Assembly: GCA_028534125.1 (NCBI GenBank)
Contig: CM052816.1
Coordinates: 49,416,001-49,480,000 of the forward strand
Reading direction: 5' to 3'
Source: Lama glama
Lineage: Eukaryota
DNA length: 64,000 nucleotides
Shown here: positions 1 through 13,285 of the stretch, in pieces
Position numbering within the stretch: position 1 is the first letter of the stretch
Layout: every line of letters begins with the position of its first letter
Notes under the pieces: model-generated
Seen by the model: the letters and a program-made list of their open reading frames with translations, nothing else
Database searches by the model: none
What the model was told of the DNA's origin: nothing
Made by a program: the position numbers and the translations under genes

Positions 1-719
1 TTTCCTTGTAAGAATGGGAGGCTAATGTACTCTGCACAAATATTGCATGATACATTTTCACTAAATAAAATATTTAAAGCACTCAGGACAGAGCCTGGTC
101 TGAAGTTGTTACTAAAAATTATGTGTTAATTGCACTTTCCATTAGTGTCCCCACACATTTCCAGTTACAAATAGCAAGTGATGTTAATGCTTTATCTTTT
201 TAAAACATGTCTTTTGTCATTCCACTTCTGTAATCAAGAGCTTATTTGCTCATTTATTTTTTGTTCTCAAAAAGTGTTGGGCCAGACCCCACGACTCTCC
301 ATATTCTGCTCTTCCCCAGCTATCTAAACATTACCTCTACTTTGTCTCGTATTTGCCCTTCAATCCTGTCTTCATGAATGCCACATTCATTTACACTTCT
401 CAACAATTACTCCTGCTATTTCTGATACCTGAAATGCTTTCCATCTATAAAATTCACTTATCAGGTCTTACTGTTAATCTTGCCAGTCACAGTTTCTACA
501 ACTGTGTTACTACCTTTATTAAATATCACATTCTGCACAAACTCTTCCATCTTGGGCTCAGTGTTTTACTTGGAATTACCACCATAAAACCTAATATTTT
601 ATTGATTATTAAATACATTAAAAGGATTTGAGATGAAGAGAAAAACAGATGAAACGGTAACATATTTCCCAGTATGATTTTTAAAGTTTTCACGAATAGA
701 AGGAAATAGATGAGACCCT

Positions 720-810
720 AGGTCATTCATTCAGATTTAGCAAACATTAATTGAGTACTAATTTGTGCCAGTCACTATTCCAGATCCTTGAGATTAAAAT
801 AGTTTTCATG
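720..810 (-). mobile_element. L2 3' end
   Basis: CATTCATTCA...CAAACATTAATTGAGTACTAATTTGTGCCAG. Confidence 0.6.
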
Positions 811-1999
811 GCAGGGAGATGAGGTGGGGAAGAAGATTCCTATGTGTGTGTGATTTATGTTTGTAAATCTTATGTCTAATGAGAGGAGAGAAGTATTTAC
901 TAGTATGTATCAGAATGAGTAGATCATCTAGTAAATTACAAAGGAGAAGTAGTATGATGGAGGAAAAAAGGAGCAAAGTAGGGTATGGGAAACCGTATCC
1001 TGGTTGAGAAGTTTGAGCATTGAGTGGGAATTATTTACAAAGTATGGATAGAATAAACAACTCTTTTAAGGAACTGGACTATAGAAGCAAAGAGATAGGA
1101 CACTAGTCAGAAAGGAGGGCAAATCTCAAGAGAATATATTAGTTGTTAATTTAAGTTGGGAAATAACTGAACATATGGGCTACTTTCAGTTGTCAGTGGG
1201 AAGCAGAGACAGGAGAACAGGATGATTAGTTGCACAGTGAGCAAAGAATATAATGGGAGCTGACCACATGAGAAAAAACAGCTATTTGGGATTGCTTTGT
1301 GATAAACAGAGTGTGAGTTTCCCCCCTCGATTTGATCTCATCAATATGTTGTTCATGTGCCTGGAAATTCTATATTTTTTCTCCTTTATTATGTTATAAA
1401 AGGTTAGTATAAGATAAATGAAGGAAATGAGTCTGTACAACATTATTGGGGTCTGTTGGTTTCAGAGAACTTGTTAAAGTAATGGGGAGCTACAAGGACA
1501 CCTGAATATTTTTTTTTCCAAAGCGAGGATTTTGAACACTTAAAAGCCTAGAAAATGTGAGATAAATTGGGAGGCAAAACCAAATTCACTGTGCAGAACA
1601 ATGTGAATGAAAGTTTTCCTATAATGAAACAGAGTGAGGCTTGCATTGAGGCGGTGATTGGGAATCATGACAAATGTTTCTTTAAAAATATTTTAATAAA
1701 TTCTTCAACTATGGTGAGGAATTAAGGTCCACTGAAACCTTAATAGCGGAATAGATGAACAACTTCACATATTGTTGAAAGATGCATTAGCAATGAATAT
1801 TTTTGCAGTTTGATTGGAAAATTAGAATTAGTGAATATGTTCATTTCTTTCTGAAATATGAAAGAAGGCTTGCATCTGTATAATTTTAAAAAGAAAACCT
1901 GCCTTTTTCTTTTTAAGGGGGGGATTGAGAATACACTGTTAACTTGAAAAATTCAGAACTAGCATGAAAAAGACTTCATTGTATTATATTTGTTGCAGT

Positions 2000-2190
2000 G
2001 ACAGACTTGAGAACCAGTTCTGACTCTGCTGCTTTGCTGACTCTAAGACACTGAGTGAGTTTCTTGGCCTCTCTGAGGCTCAGTTTTCTTATCTTGAAAT
2101 AAGAATATTACTATTAATTGCAATATGTTTATTGTGAGAATTTAATGCAGATAGAATGTACAAGCATTGTCCTTGATGTGAAATTAATTA
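2000..2190 (+). mobile_element. MIR SINE
   Basis: Core CTCTCTGAGGCTCAGTTTTCTTATCTTGAAAT...TTGTGAGAATTTAATG. Confidence 0.7.
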
Positions 2191-2219
2191 GAGGCATTGG
2201 TATTATAAGTGAATCAATC

Positions 2220-2318
2220 CTGGTGTTGGCATTGGCATTGGTTTATAGTGATGTTAGTGCTTATTATGGTGTTGGTTTTATACCGGTGTTGGTATTGACA
2301 TTGATATTGGCATTGATA
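2220..2318. repeat. Degenerate hexamer low-complexity repeat (TTGGCA/TTGGTG/TTGGTA)
   Basis: TGGTGTTGGCATTGGCATTGG...GGTGTTGGTATTGACATTGATATTGGCATTG. Confidence 0.7.
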
Positions 2319-4264
2319 ATCACTACAAGATACAGTCTGGAGGCGACTATAAGGGTGGTAGGAAAAAGGGCCCAAATTTTAGTTATCATAAAGGCTAGAA
2401 CTACTAAGAAACACAGTGAGAACAATCCATCTTCAATAACCTGGAAGATGAAGACCTTTGCATGAAAGACAAATGAAATCTCCCAATGTCTGACAATAAA
2501 ACTATAGCAGGTTCTTATGTGAATAAAAGTTGGCCTTCTGGGTCAGGATGGATGTGTGAACTAAAAATTAGGCATTATAATACCTGTTTGAAAGTCCTAC
2601 AGTGCACGTTAAATGAGATAACATGTCTGCGGTAATGCCTGCAACATTCTAGGTTATTACTTCCTCATCAGTCCTCTCTTGCTTATGTAGATTCATCTGC
2701 TTTTTTTCTCACCTACATCTAAAGGGAAGAATGAACTGCAGCCGTGTCTTTTATGATGCTCTTACATTATTTAGAAATAAGATTTTATTCATTCTCTTAA
2801 AACTAAAAAGAGGTCACTATATATGAATAAAGAATATAACAAACTCTGAAATCAAGACAGTTTTAAAAGGTCCGTTCTATATAAAAACATGGCCTTATAA
2901 TAGTTAGAATCAAGAGAAATGGCTCCTATAAAACTTCAATGTATTCTCCTTTCCTTGACTGAGATGCTGAGAAATAAAAGCATCTGTTACTTTTATTTAA
3001 AACACTTGAAAGATGTGGGGAAAATGCAGCTGCTTAAAGATAATTTCTAATTTCTATAAAAAACATGAACTAAATGTTTGATATTTTTAGACATTTGGAA
3101 AACACACTCATAGATTAGAAATTTAATGGATGTGTTAATTCTCTTGCAAAAGATGAATAGAAGGATTCTATCTATGCAGTCCTCACAAGAGAGCCAAAAA
3201 GGAAAAAATAAAGACTGAGGTCATCTATTTGGCTGAGATAGAATGACTGACAATTTTAGCAGCAATTCTGCATAATGTAAACATTTTGGCTATGAAAATG
3301 ATCAGTATTATTTTTAATTTTCTGATTTTATTATATTCGTCTATTTTTTACTTTTAATAGTTTACAATTGTTAATATGTTTTTGTATTAATTGTTCATAC
3401 CTGTATCATCACCTTAATAACCTGGGCAGAGACCACATATTATATATCTTTAATTCTCTTAAGTGCTTAAAAAATAGCTGTGATCAGTACATATTTTAAA
3501 ATGAACTAAATTGTGCAGATTCACTGTGTAATGACCTCGGATTAATCATTTCAATTTATTATAATTTTAACAGAAGGCCTATAACTTCTATTTTAAATTT
3601 TCTTTCATTGTTTTAAAAAATCTATATCACAAATATCAATTTTACTTCAATTATGAATCAAAAGGAAAATTGGGTAACATGTGGAATGAGTTTTGTGTAA
3701 AGTTTTAAAGAAAAACAGCAATTACTTAAAGAATAAGGTTTGTTTGCTTTGCTTAAATAAGTGATAGGGTGGAATAATGTTGGGAAATACAGTAAAGATG
3801 ATAAGATAGAGGATGCAGAGCATGTCTGTCTTAATGAACAGGAAGATATATCTTGAGAAATAATTAAATGGTTTCTTTAGGGAATGTGGGGCCAGCTCAG
3901 AATATTAGGACAAAGAAACAAATGTTCTGTGTTAGTTATAGACTGCCATTGTTTCTAAAAAGAGTACCAAGATTAGAAGGTACGTGGAAATGAGAATAGG
4001 TCATGTTAAAAGTATCCTTGCATCTGGTCACCTTAGTTGTAGCTATATCATGGTGGTAAAGGATAAGAGATTTTGAAACACACTATGAAATCTTGGGCTC
4101 ATGAATTTATTTTCTTGATGCTAAGAATAGTTGAGCATCAGTAACATTCAGACACTGAAGTCTGGAAAAATTTTGTTAGTAAGCTTTGTGAGATTTATGG
4201 GAACTGTCCTAGGCAAGTTGATTTTTAAGGAAAACAATTGCAAAATATTATCATAATCAATAGT

Positions 4265-4361
4265 TCTCTCTCTTTCCGTCTCTCTCTCTGTCTCCACCCA
4301 CTGTGTGTGTGTGTGTGTGTGTGTCTGCATCCACAGAGAGAGAACAGAACACACACACACA
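4265..4361. repeat. Compound microsatellite (TC)n...(TG)11...(AG)n...(AC)6
   Basis: Read directly: TG run 4302-4323, AC run 4349-4360. Confidence 0.9.
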
Positions 4362-4459
4362 TTTTGTTTATTTGGAAACAATAATGAAAATACAGTAATG
4401 TGTTTTTTTAAGAATAATATATGGAGAGACAGTTTACTTCAGAAAGGCAAACTTTAAAA

Positions 4460-6045
4460 AACTAAGCAGTGTGAAAATTTTAATTTTAATTTACAATATC
4501 ATTAATAAAACAAAAAAGGAAATCATCTGTTAATCTTAATAAATGTCAAAAAAAGCATTTGAGAAAATTCAATCATTCATTTTCTTTTTTAAAAGCAAAT
4601 TAAGAACAGGTGTAAAATTGAAAGCTTTTTCCCTGAGTCTAGGGATGAAAAAGGATTACTATTATTACTACTTTTATTTAATATTTTACCTGATGCCCTA
4701 ACCAGCATAATAAAGCAAGAAAAAAAGTTACTAGCACTGAAAGGAATGAATAAATTTATCTTTATTTGTTGAAGACCTGATTGAACAAGTAGAAAATCCA
4801 GGAAGTTCCAGATAGACTTTAAATCTAAATGTGAATGGTAAAATATTTAATTTATAAAGGAAAAATATTGAGTATGTTTAAGATAATAAATAATAATATT
4901 TTACATAGGACATAGTGGGTACTAAACCTAGAAGACTGAGAAATTGGATTTCATTAAAATTAAAAACTGTTCATCCAAAGACTCCAATAGAAGAATGAAA
5001 ATGCAACCACATGCTGGGAAAAAGATATTCATAATACAAATACTCAGCGAAGGACTCATATACAGAATAAATTTTTTGAAACTCCTATAAGTGAATAATA
5101 AAAATGCAAACAATACAAAGGAAAACTAGTCACTAGAAAATGGACAATCTAAAAGCAAAATATGACCTAAAGATGTGTTTCAAAACAGAAAATATCTAAA
5201 TGGCCAGCAAACAAATTAAATGTGTTTAGCCTGTTTAGCTGACACGGAATTATGAAGCAAACCACAGTTATATTCAACTATCTGTGCATCAGAATAGATA
5301 AATTTAATTAATGACCAATATAAAGACAATGCCAGTGTTTGAAAGTATCTGAATTAATAAAAATCCCATATGTTGCTGGAGTAGGTGAGAATCAGTACAA
5401 ACTCTCTGAAAAACTATTTGATATTATCTCCTAAAGGTAAATATAATATTTTGTATTTTCCCAGTACTTTTAGGTATACAGTCGAGGTATGTCCCCCAGT
5501 TCTCTTGGTTATATTCTGGTGGGCATAAACCCAGTACTCATAAGTATATACTCAGAGGATGTAACTATTTCAAATGTGCATATGTGTACTAAAAGGCATG
5601 TACAAGATTACCAGTAAAGCACCATTGTGTCACAGCAACAAAACTAGAGATAACGAAACATTCGTCAGTAATAGAATATATAAATTGTAGTGTATTCATA
5701 TATAGGATTCTATCCAGCAATTCAAATCACTAACATACTGCTACATGCAGTATGAGTTAAGCACACAGTCACAAAGTCTATCAAGATAAATCAGACTATA
5801 TAATTCTACTTATATAAAGTTCAGAAAAGAAAAACTGGTTTGTGGTGTTTGAAATTAGAGCAGAGGCTGTCTTTGGAGAGGGAGATCTAGTACTTGGGAG
5901 AGAATGAGTGAGTACTGTCCGAAGTACTGGTAATACTCTTTCTTGATCTGGGTGTTCCTTACACAGTTATGTTCAGTTTGAGAGGTGAGCTGTTCACATA
6001 TGTTTTGTGTACTTTTCTGCATGTATATTATACTTGAAAAACTTC
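4460..6045 (+). mobile_element. Ancient L1 (L1M/L1ME-like) ORF2-3'UTR relic
   Basis: Degenerate L1 phrases (AAAAAAGCATTTGAGAAAATTCAATC; GGATTTCATTAAAATTAAAAACTG) and an L1ME-like 3' end (TCTTGATCTGGGTG...TTTTCTGCATGTATATTATACTT). Confidence 0.75.
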
Positions 6046-7850
6046 ATGAAATCAGACAAAAGTAAATATTGTGAAGGCTAAGAATCTAAAGAATATTAAA
6101 TTGGAATAGTATACTTCAGGAAAATTAAAAGAGGAATATGCCACATTAAAGTCATATTTTATCTTAAACACAAAAATTAAAAACAGACACAATTGAATTC
6201 TCTTGAAAAATAAATCAACTGAAGTGAATAGAAAAATCATTTTCCATTTAAAAGCATCAAAGAGTTAAAAAAGTATATTTAAATGTATATTAAGTTGTTG
6301 AATTAGAGTATTCTCAGGTATTAAAATGAGCTTTTTATAACTTTTGTTTTATTAAAATTATTACTAAAATTTCAGTGCTACTGTTAGAAAATTACATCCA
6401 AAGAAACAAATTTAATTAATAAAATATTTTTGTTTGTTAATCTTTGTCATCTTCCACAGCAAGAAAATTAAAACTTTACCAACAAAGCAAAATTAATGAT
6501 AAACAGAAAAGTCTTTAAAATTTTAACCTTTTTCTTTAGAAAAGCCTGCAAGCAGAGTATGAAGCAGGCATGGCATGAAAATTTGAGAATATGTACTACA
6601 TTGTAAAGATTATATTTATTGAAATCTGATATACTATTCCTCAGTAACTGTTGAGAATAAAAATATTACAATGAAAACCTGTACATCAAATTAATAAATC
6701 AAATCTGGACTCATTTAAGTGGTAATTTAATAGTGGAATAATGGAAGATTCGCATTAAACTTTATTATTAGACAGTTATTTGAGTTCTTTGGATAACATT
6801 AAAACAAAGCTTTCAAAGTAGATTTTTACTGTTTAGTGTCAATATCTATCCCCTTCTGTTTGCAGTTTAATTAGATTTTTAATTGAAAACTGAAGTGATG
6901 AGTTAGAATAATTATGGATTATGTAAACAATTAAATCAGTAGCAACATTGTTAAGTTAAGCCTTTTAGATATACAGAGGAATAAAAGGATATAAGTTTCA
7001 ATATAATATTTTATACTTTGATATTATAATATATTAGAATATATAGTGCTATATTGGATTATGTGGTAACATTTTTCTGCAACTGCTTGGAATAAAACTG
7101 CTTATTAAATGACATTATAATATCTGTTTCTGTAGATCAGTATGAACGTTTCTGAGGCCATAGTATCAAGTTATAAAAATCATTTAATACAGTGACATCA
7201 GCAACATGGCCGAATGAGGTAGCTCTCACACAGATTCTCTCCTCGACAGTAATTTAGCGTCTGTACACAGAGAAAAGCTTGATTTTTTGCCTGTTGAGTT
7301 CTTAGAAATAGGTATAACTTACAAAGTAAAGCAGTCCAGTATGAAAGCTTAAAATAACTAAAATTAAAATTTTAATGAGATTTTTATTTTTATTGTAATT
7401 ATAAACTGTATAAAATGTTAAAAGTCTATTGTCAGAAGCCTATTAAATTAAGGAGCTCTGCTACACTGTTTAATCAACATATTCTCTGCTTTTTAATAAA
7501 CACTTTTGGGCCTAGCCAGGCACATCAAGGCTTCATTTGATTCAGTGAGTATCTTAATTGCAATCTCATTAAATCTTTACTATCCCACAGAAAGACTCAA
7601 CCTATAGGAATATAGTTTACTGATTCATGGATAAATAGACTCAAATACAAATTCATTTTTTTTAATGATCATCAGTTCTTAATGTCCCTTTGTTCTCTTT
7701 ACCATAGCAGATTTTTCTGTTTCTCCCTATGATCCTTGTACACTGTCGTATGTACTTGGTACAGAGCTATTTTATCACTACTTCTGAAGAAAGGACCTGA
7801 GTATTCCTACCTGCTTCACAAGACTCTTTATTGTCTTCCTTGGGCCAGCA

Positions 7851-8615
7851 TTAAAGGTTATTACAAAATATTGAATATAGACCCCTGTATATACGGAGAA
7901 AATTTGTATATGTAGTGAGTGGTTAACATTTGCAAATCTCAAACCCCCCAGTTTATCCCTTCCCATCCCCTTTCCCCCAGTAACCATAGGATTATTTACT
8001 ATATATGCGAGTCTGTTTCTGTTTTGTAAATGAGTTCATTAGTGTCCTCTTTTTTTTTTTAATACTCTACGTATGAGTGATATCATATGGTATTTTTCTT
8101 CCTCTTTCTGGCTTACTTCACTTAGAATGACAATCTCCAGGTCCATCCATGTTGCTGCACAAGGCATTAGTTTATTCATTTTAATCACTGAGTAGTATTC
8201 CATTGTATAAATGTACCATAACTTCTTTATCCAGTCATCTATTGATGACATTTAGGTTGCTTCCATGTCTTGGCTATTGTCTTACAGTGCTGCTATGAAT
8301 ATTGGGGTGCATGATCTTTTCAAATTAGAGTTCCCTCCAGAAATATGCCCAGGAGTGGGATTGCTGGATCATTTGGCAAAACTATTTTTAGTTTTTTAAG
8401 GAATCTCTGTATTTTCCATATTTTCTGCACCAAACTACATTCCCACCAGCAGTCTAGGAGGGTTCCCTTTTCTCCACAGCCTCTCCAGCATTTATCATAT
8501 GTGGACTTTTGAATGATAACCATTCTGACTGGTGTGAGGTGATACGTCACTGTAGTTTTGATTTGTATTTCTCTGATAATTAGAGATACTGAACATTTTT
8601 TTTCATCTGCCTATT
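7851..8615 (-). mobile_element. 5'-truncated younger L1 fragment (ORF2 C-terminus + 3'UTR)
   Basis: Minus ORFs 8039-8251 (WIKKLWYIYTMEYYS...AATWMDLE) and 8320-8550 (YHLTPVRM...[12 protein letters not shown]) are the L1 ORF2 C-terminus. The 3'UTR resembles those at 53.6 and 57.6 kb. Confidence 0.92.
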
Positions 8616-11600
8616 TAAAAACACTTCTTAAAATAAGTTTATTAAGCTTCTTACCAAGCACCACATACCAAAAAAAAAAAAGAAAAGTTAAGAAAAGAAC
8701 ACTTTAACTCTCCTTGAAAAATATAAGATCCATAAATAGGTTCATAACCAAAGGATAGGTAAGTAGTCAGACTCATGAGAAATTACTCTATTATTAGAAA
8801 GATTATAGAGCTGTATTTACTTGTGTTTACTGAAGTATATACTGAGATAGACGTATGATGCTTGTGTCTTCTCTATAATACTTAGAAGTCAAGATGAGAT
8901 TATCCATACCAAATTCTTATTTCTGTAGTTCATTTCATTGAAGACCATCAACTCATACTACAGTGGTCTCGTTTAACTCATTTCTTAAGTCCTTAATCAT
9001 TCTAAGTTTTATTTCTAAGTACAAAATACGAAGTGACAGAGAAAAACAAGACTGCCTAAAAGGGATAGATTTCTAATTTTCAGGTTGTGATTAGATTTCT
9101 TCCAAAAGACTGCTGTTAACTGTGTTTCTGAGTTTTATTACCTGATTTCATTAGATGTTGAAAGTTAATAGTTTATAATTTTCATTTACTCAGTATTCAT
9201 TGAGTTGCTTACCTTATTGCTCAATGATACATAAAAAATCCAGGATAAGTAACGATTTCTACCATCTTCACAGAATCTAAAAAACACTTTGGTGAGAAGT
9301 TTTATTGGGCATATCTACAGTTTAGATAATTATTTGAAACTTTTCAGTCTGATTGATTTTTTTCTATTATGCAAGCACAAATTTCTGTAATTATATTTCT
9401 TTGTATCATAAAAAAAAAAATCTCAAACACAGAGTTGCTAGTACAGAACAAAGAACTTACCCTCTTTCTGGAATGTTTCAGAGCCTGCATGTTGCCCCCA
9501 GCAGGACACCCTCTTTACCTGAGTTGGGCTTTTACTCCCCAGGCCAGCCTTCCCCTCCACATGGGAGCCAACCTTGTTTTGTCCATCTCATTGCTTTAGA
9601 ATGGAATAACCCAAGGAAGGGAGGGAAAAGAACAGCTGTAATGACACTTCAGGACTTCTTCCTCAGTCATTTTGGTTAAGGAGTGCATATTATGTGATCA
9701 GTTACAGCATCATACTGAGGATTTCCTCCAGAAAAAAGTAACTCAGAATACCTTTGCTTTATTTTTTACATTTGAATACCTAACTAGGAGATTTCTTCTA
9801 TAAACATCTCACAAGCAGCAAATTTAATCATATAACAGCATTACTCACATATCTAATATTTGCTGTATAGTTTTATGTTATTATATTTGGCAGTAGTCTA
9901 AATTGATAACATTTGTACAACTTTGGAGACATTTTGAATATATATTTCAATTAGCTTGTGTTCCAACATCTGAAGATAATTTTCATGTATTTTATTACAG
10001 TTGTGAATTATACCTAGTCATATTCATTAGAATTACTATTGTTCTTTTTATTTTTTTTTAATTTGAAGGCTTATTTATTTTAAATAACAAGTCTTAAAAG
10101 ACGTTAAGCCTTAAGCCACGTATAAATACTTTGGGGAAAATGACAGTGTATTCCAAAATAAAAGTATTTCTGCCATTATTTCTGGAAAAATGACCTGTTT
10201 CTGTAACTTTAGGGACAAGGAATAAGCATGCTATTAGTACTAAGTGCATTTTCTACAAGTAAACCACAAAGTGCTTCTGCAAATCAATATGTTCTTTAAA
10301 AAAAAATTTTTAAACCTATGCAGAGGGGAAATCATTTTCAAAGTCAAAGGACAGTGGGAGATAATGGGCACTGGAAAGTTCCTCTTTCTTTCCATTCAGA
10401 TTGCCCCTGTGTTCTCTCCTCCTGGAGACAAAGCAGTTCGGTACATGACCCACACAATGGAGGAATAACAGCCCAATAATCCTGAGACAGAGAGCGTGGC
10501 TGTGGAAACTGCTGCAGTGCTGGAATAATACTGGTTTTCCTTTAATCCATTTCTAGAATTTTTGCAGAGATTTTTTTATTCTGTTTAAGTGTTACAATTT
10601 AGAAGTACTTTCTACCCATTTTCTACCCTGATTCTCCTCTAATAACGTATTTGTGTGTCACAATTTTGATAAGCAAAGTAAGTACATATGTTTTTTAAAG
10701 TAATTTTTCCTCACTGGTTTTTATTCAAATACAATCATGTGATACATTTCACTTTGCCTGTCCAGACTGAGTGTGTCAGTATTTGTCTTGTTATGTTTTG
10801 GGAAAGACATAAGGAGGGGGCAGATCATTTCAGCTCAGAATCATACTGCTACCAAGAATCTGGATTATAAATATTTAGATTTAGAATGATCATGCATTCA
10901 ACAGACCAAAATTTATGAATAATCTCCTTTTGCCACAGAATTGCAAAATGTTAGCCCCAGGAACACAGTGATAAATGAGATTGCACCTCGGTCTTAGAGA
11001 TACTGAGTCTGAATGGTGCCTCCATGGAGCAACCTTCAAAATGTTTGGAAAATTGAAAGTGAAAGGCGTTCTATCATGTTCTGTTAATCTCCATGAGAAG
11101 AGAACATTCCCTTTAGAAAGAAGTAGATTGTGAGAGTCAATGAACCTAGAAAAGGTTGATTAAATATTAATAGGTTTGTGTGATACATTGAAAATATGTA
11201 TAAGTAGGAATCAACATTCGCTGGATTAAATCGTAAAGGACCTAGAACCTTCAAAATGGTTATAAATTTTATCAGTATGGACTTCTTTGCTGTAACACAA
11301 GCAGTCATGTTTCAGCTGTCAAAGAATCAGATAATTAATGTAATGTATGATGATTGAAATTTTGATTCATTCTGTGTCTCTTCTGTTTCATTTATTGAGG
11401 AAGTTTTGAAATATCTGCCTTAATAGGATAAATGCCTTCACCCTTCACTTTACTTTTCCTTTGTAGACATTCTGTACAAGTGTCTGAGATAATGGTATAA
11501 CTCACTGTATGTTTTGTTCATTCAAAAATACTCAGTTTACATCTCCTACAACTAATAATACTGTTCACATTCCATTTGGCTGATGAATAGCTTCTCTTTC

Positions 11601-11731
11601 ACTTTCATGTGGTACATCTCAGTTGAGTCATATGCTTATAGTGTCATTTTGAAAATCATTACATTATGTATTTATTTTCAACTACTGTAACTTCTTGTGT
11701 CCTACTGGATGCTATAGTAAGATTAAGGAAA

Positions 11732-12183
11732 TGTATCAGTTATCAATTGCTGTATAACAAACCATCACACATACTAGTGGCTTGAAACAAGAACAATTAC
11801 CATCTCTCATAATTCTGAGTTGATTGGGCAGTTCATCTGCTGGTTTTGCCAAGATTCAGGCATGTGGCTTCATTCACCTGGAGGGTGGCTCAGTTGGTGG
11901 TTGAAATGTCTTCCACAGCATGTCTAGAAGGTGAGGCCATCTCTCTCAGCTGGGGTACTTAGATTTTCTTCCACTTGGCCTCTAACCCTCAGGTAGTTTC
12001 GATTATACTTCTTCCTAATATTGTGATTTCAGGGTTCTAAAATAGAGCAGAAGCTTTGAGGCCTCTTACGGCCTAGCCTCTGGAACTCACACAGCCTTAT
12101 ACCTGGGACATTCTGTTTACCAAAGGAAGAATGAAGATCATTGCAGGGACAAATAGATGGAGAAATAGACTCCATTTCATGAT
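11732..12183 (-). mobile_element. MaLR solo LTR (MLT1 family)
   Basis: Begins TGTATCAGTTATCAATTGCTGTATAACAAACCA...AGTGGCTTGAAACAA (reverse of the MLT1 3' end) and contains GGAGAAATAGACTCCA, typical of MLT1F-J. Confidence 0.75.
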
Positions 12184-12199
12184 CACTGTACCATAACAA

Positions 12200-13285
12200 T
12201 CAACAAAACAGAATGGGAGAAAATATTTGCAAACCATCTATCTAATAGGGGGCTAATATTCAAAATATATAAGGAAGTCATACAATTCAGTAGCAAAAAA
12301 ATCTGATATAAAAATGAGCAGAGGCTCTGAATAAACATTTTTTAAAAAGTCATGCCAACAGGTACATGAAAGGTGTTCATCATCATCATCATCAAGGAAA
12401 TGCAACTTAAAACTATAATGAGACATCACCCCACATCTGTTACAATGGCTATTATCAAAAAGACAAATAACAGGTGTTGGAGAGGATGTGGAGAAAAGGA
12501 AACCTTGTGTACTGTTTGTGGGAATGTAAATTAGAACAGCCACTCGGAAAACAGCACGGAGGTTCCTCAAGAAGTTAAAAATAGAGCCACTCTCAGATCT
12601 TGCAATTCTGATTCTAGGTATATATTCAAAGGATATAAAATCATAATCTCAGAATGATACCTGCCCTGCCACCCCACTCTTTGTTCATTGTAGCATTATT
12701 TACAATAGCAGAGATAGGTTATTTCCATAAATATCAGTCATTGGATGAATAGATAAAGAAAAAAGTTGTGTGTGCTTGTGTGTTCATATGTGTATGTTAG
12801 AGAGAAAGGAAATTTTGCCATTTTTTGCAATATAAATGGACCTTGAGGGTGTTATGCTAAGTGAAAGAAGTTAGAGAAATAGTATACGATCTCACTAATA
12901 TGTGAAATTTGAAAAAGCTGAACTCATAGAAATAGAGGGTATAATTGTGGTTTCCAAGCGCTAGGAGGTGGGGGAAATGAGACAGATGTTGGTCAAAGAA
13001 TACAGACTTCCAGTTATGAGACTAATAAATTCTGGGGATCTAATGTACTGCATGGTGACTGAAGTTAGCAAAACGGTATTATATACTTTAAAGTTTCTGA
13101 GAGAGTAGATCTTATGTTCTTCTCACACACAAAAGAAGGTAATAATGTGAGGCACTGGAGGTGTTAACTAACTCCTACTGAGATCATCACTTCACAGTAA
13201 ATATGTGTACCAAATTACCATGTCATACACCTTAAATTTACGCAATATTACATGTCAGTTACATCCCACTAAGCTGGAAAAAAAA
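12200..13285 (+). mobile_element. L1 3' end (L1MA9-like)
   Basis: GAATGGGAGAAAATATTTGCAAACCATCTATCT...GAGGATGTGGAGAAAAGGAAACC, plus a 3'UTR ending CACCTTAAATTTAC...AAGCTGGAAAAAAAA. Confidence 0.88.

Noticed and set aside
2118..2465. 115-aa hydrophobic ORF resembling a membrane protein
   Set aside because: Non-ATG start inside a MIR; hydrophobicity comes from the degenerate TTGGYR hexamer repeat.
5461..5562. Three spaced imperfect repeats (CCAGTACT...GTATA), superficially array-like
   Set aside because: Irregular, degenerate local duplications inside an old L1; not a CRISPR-like array, and the context is eukaryotic.
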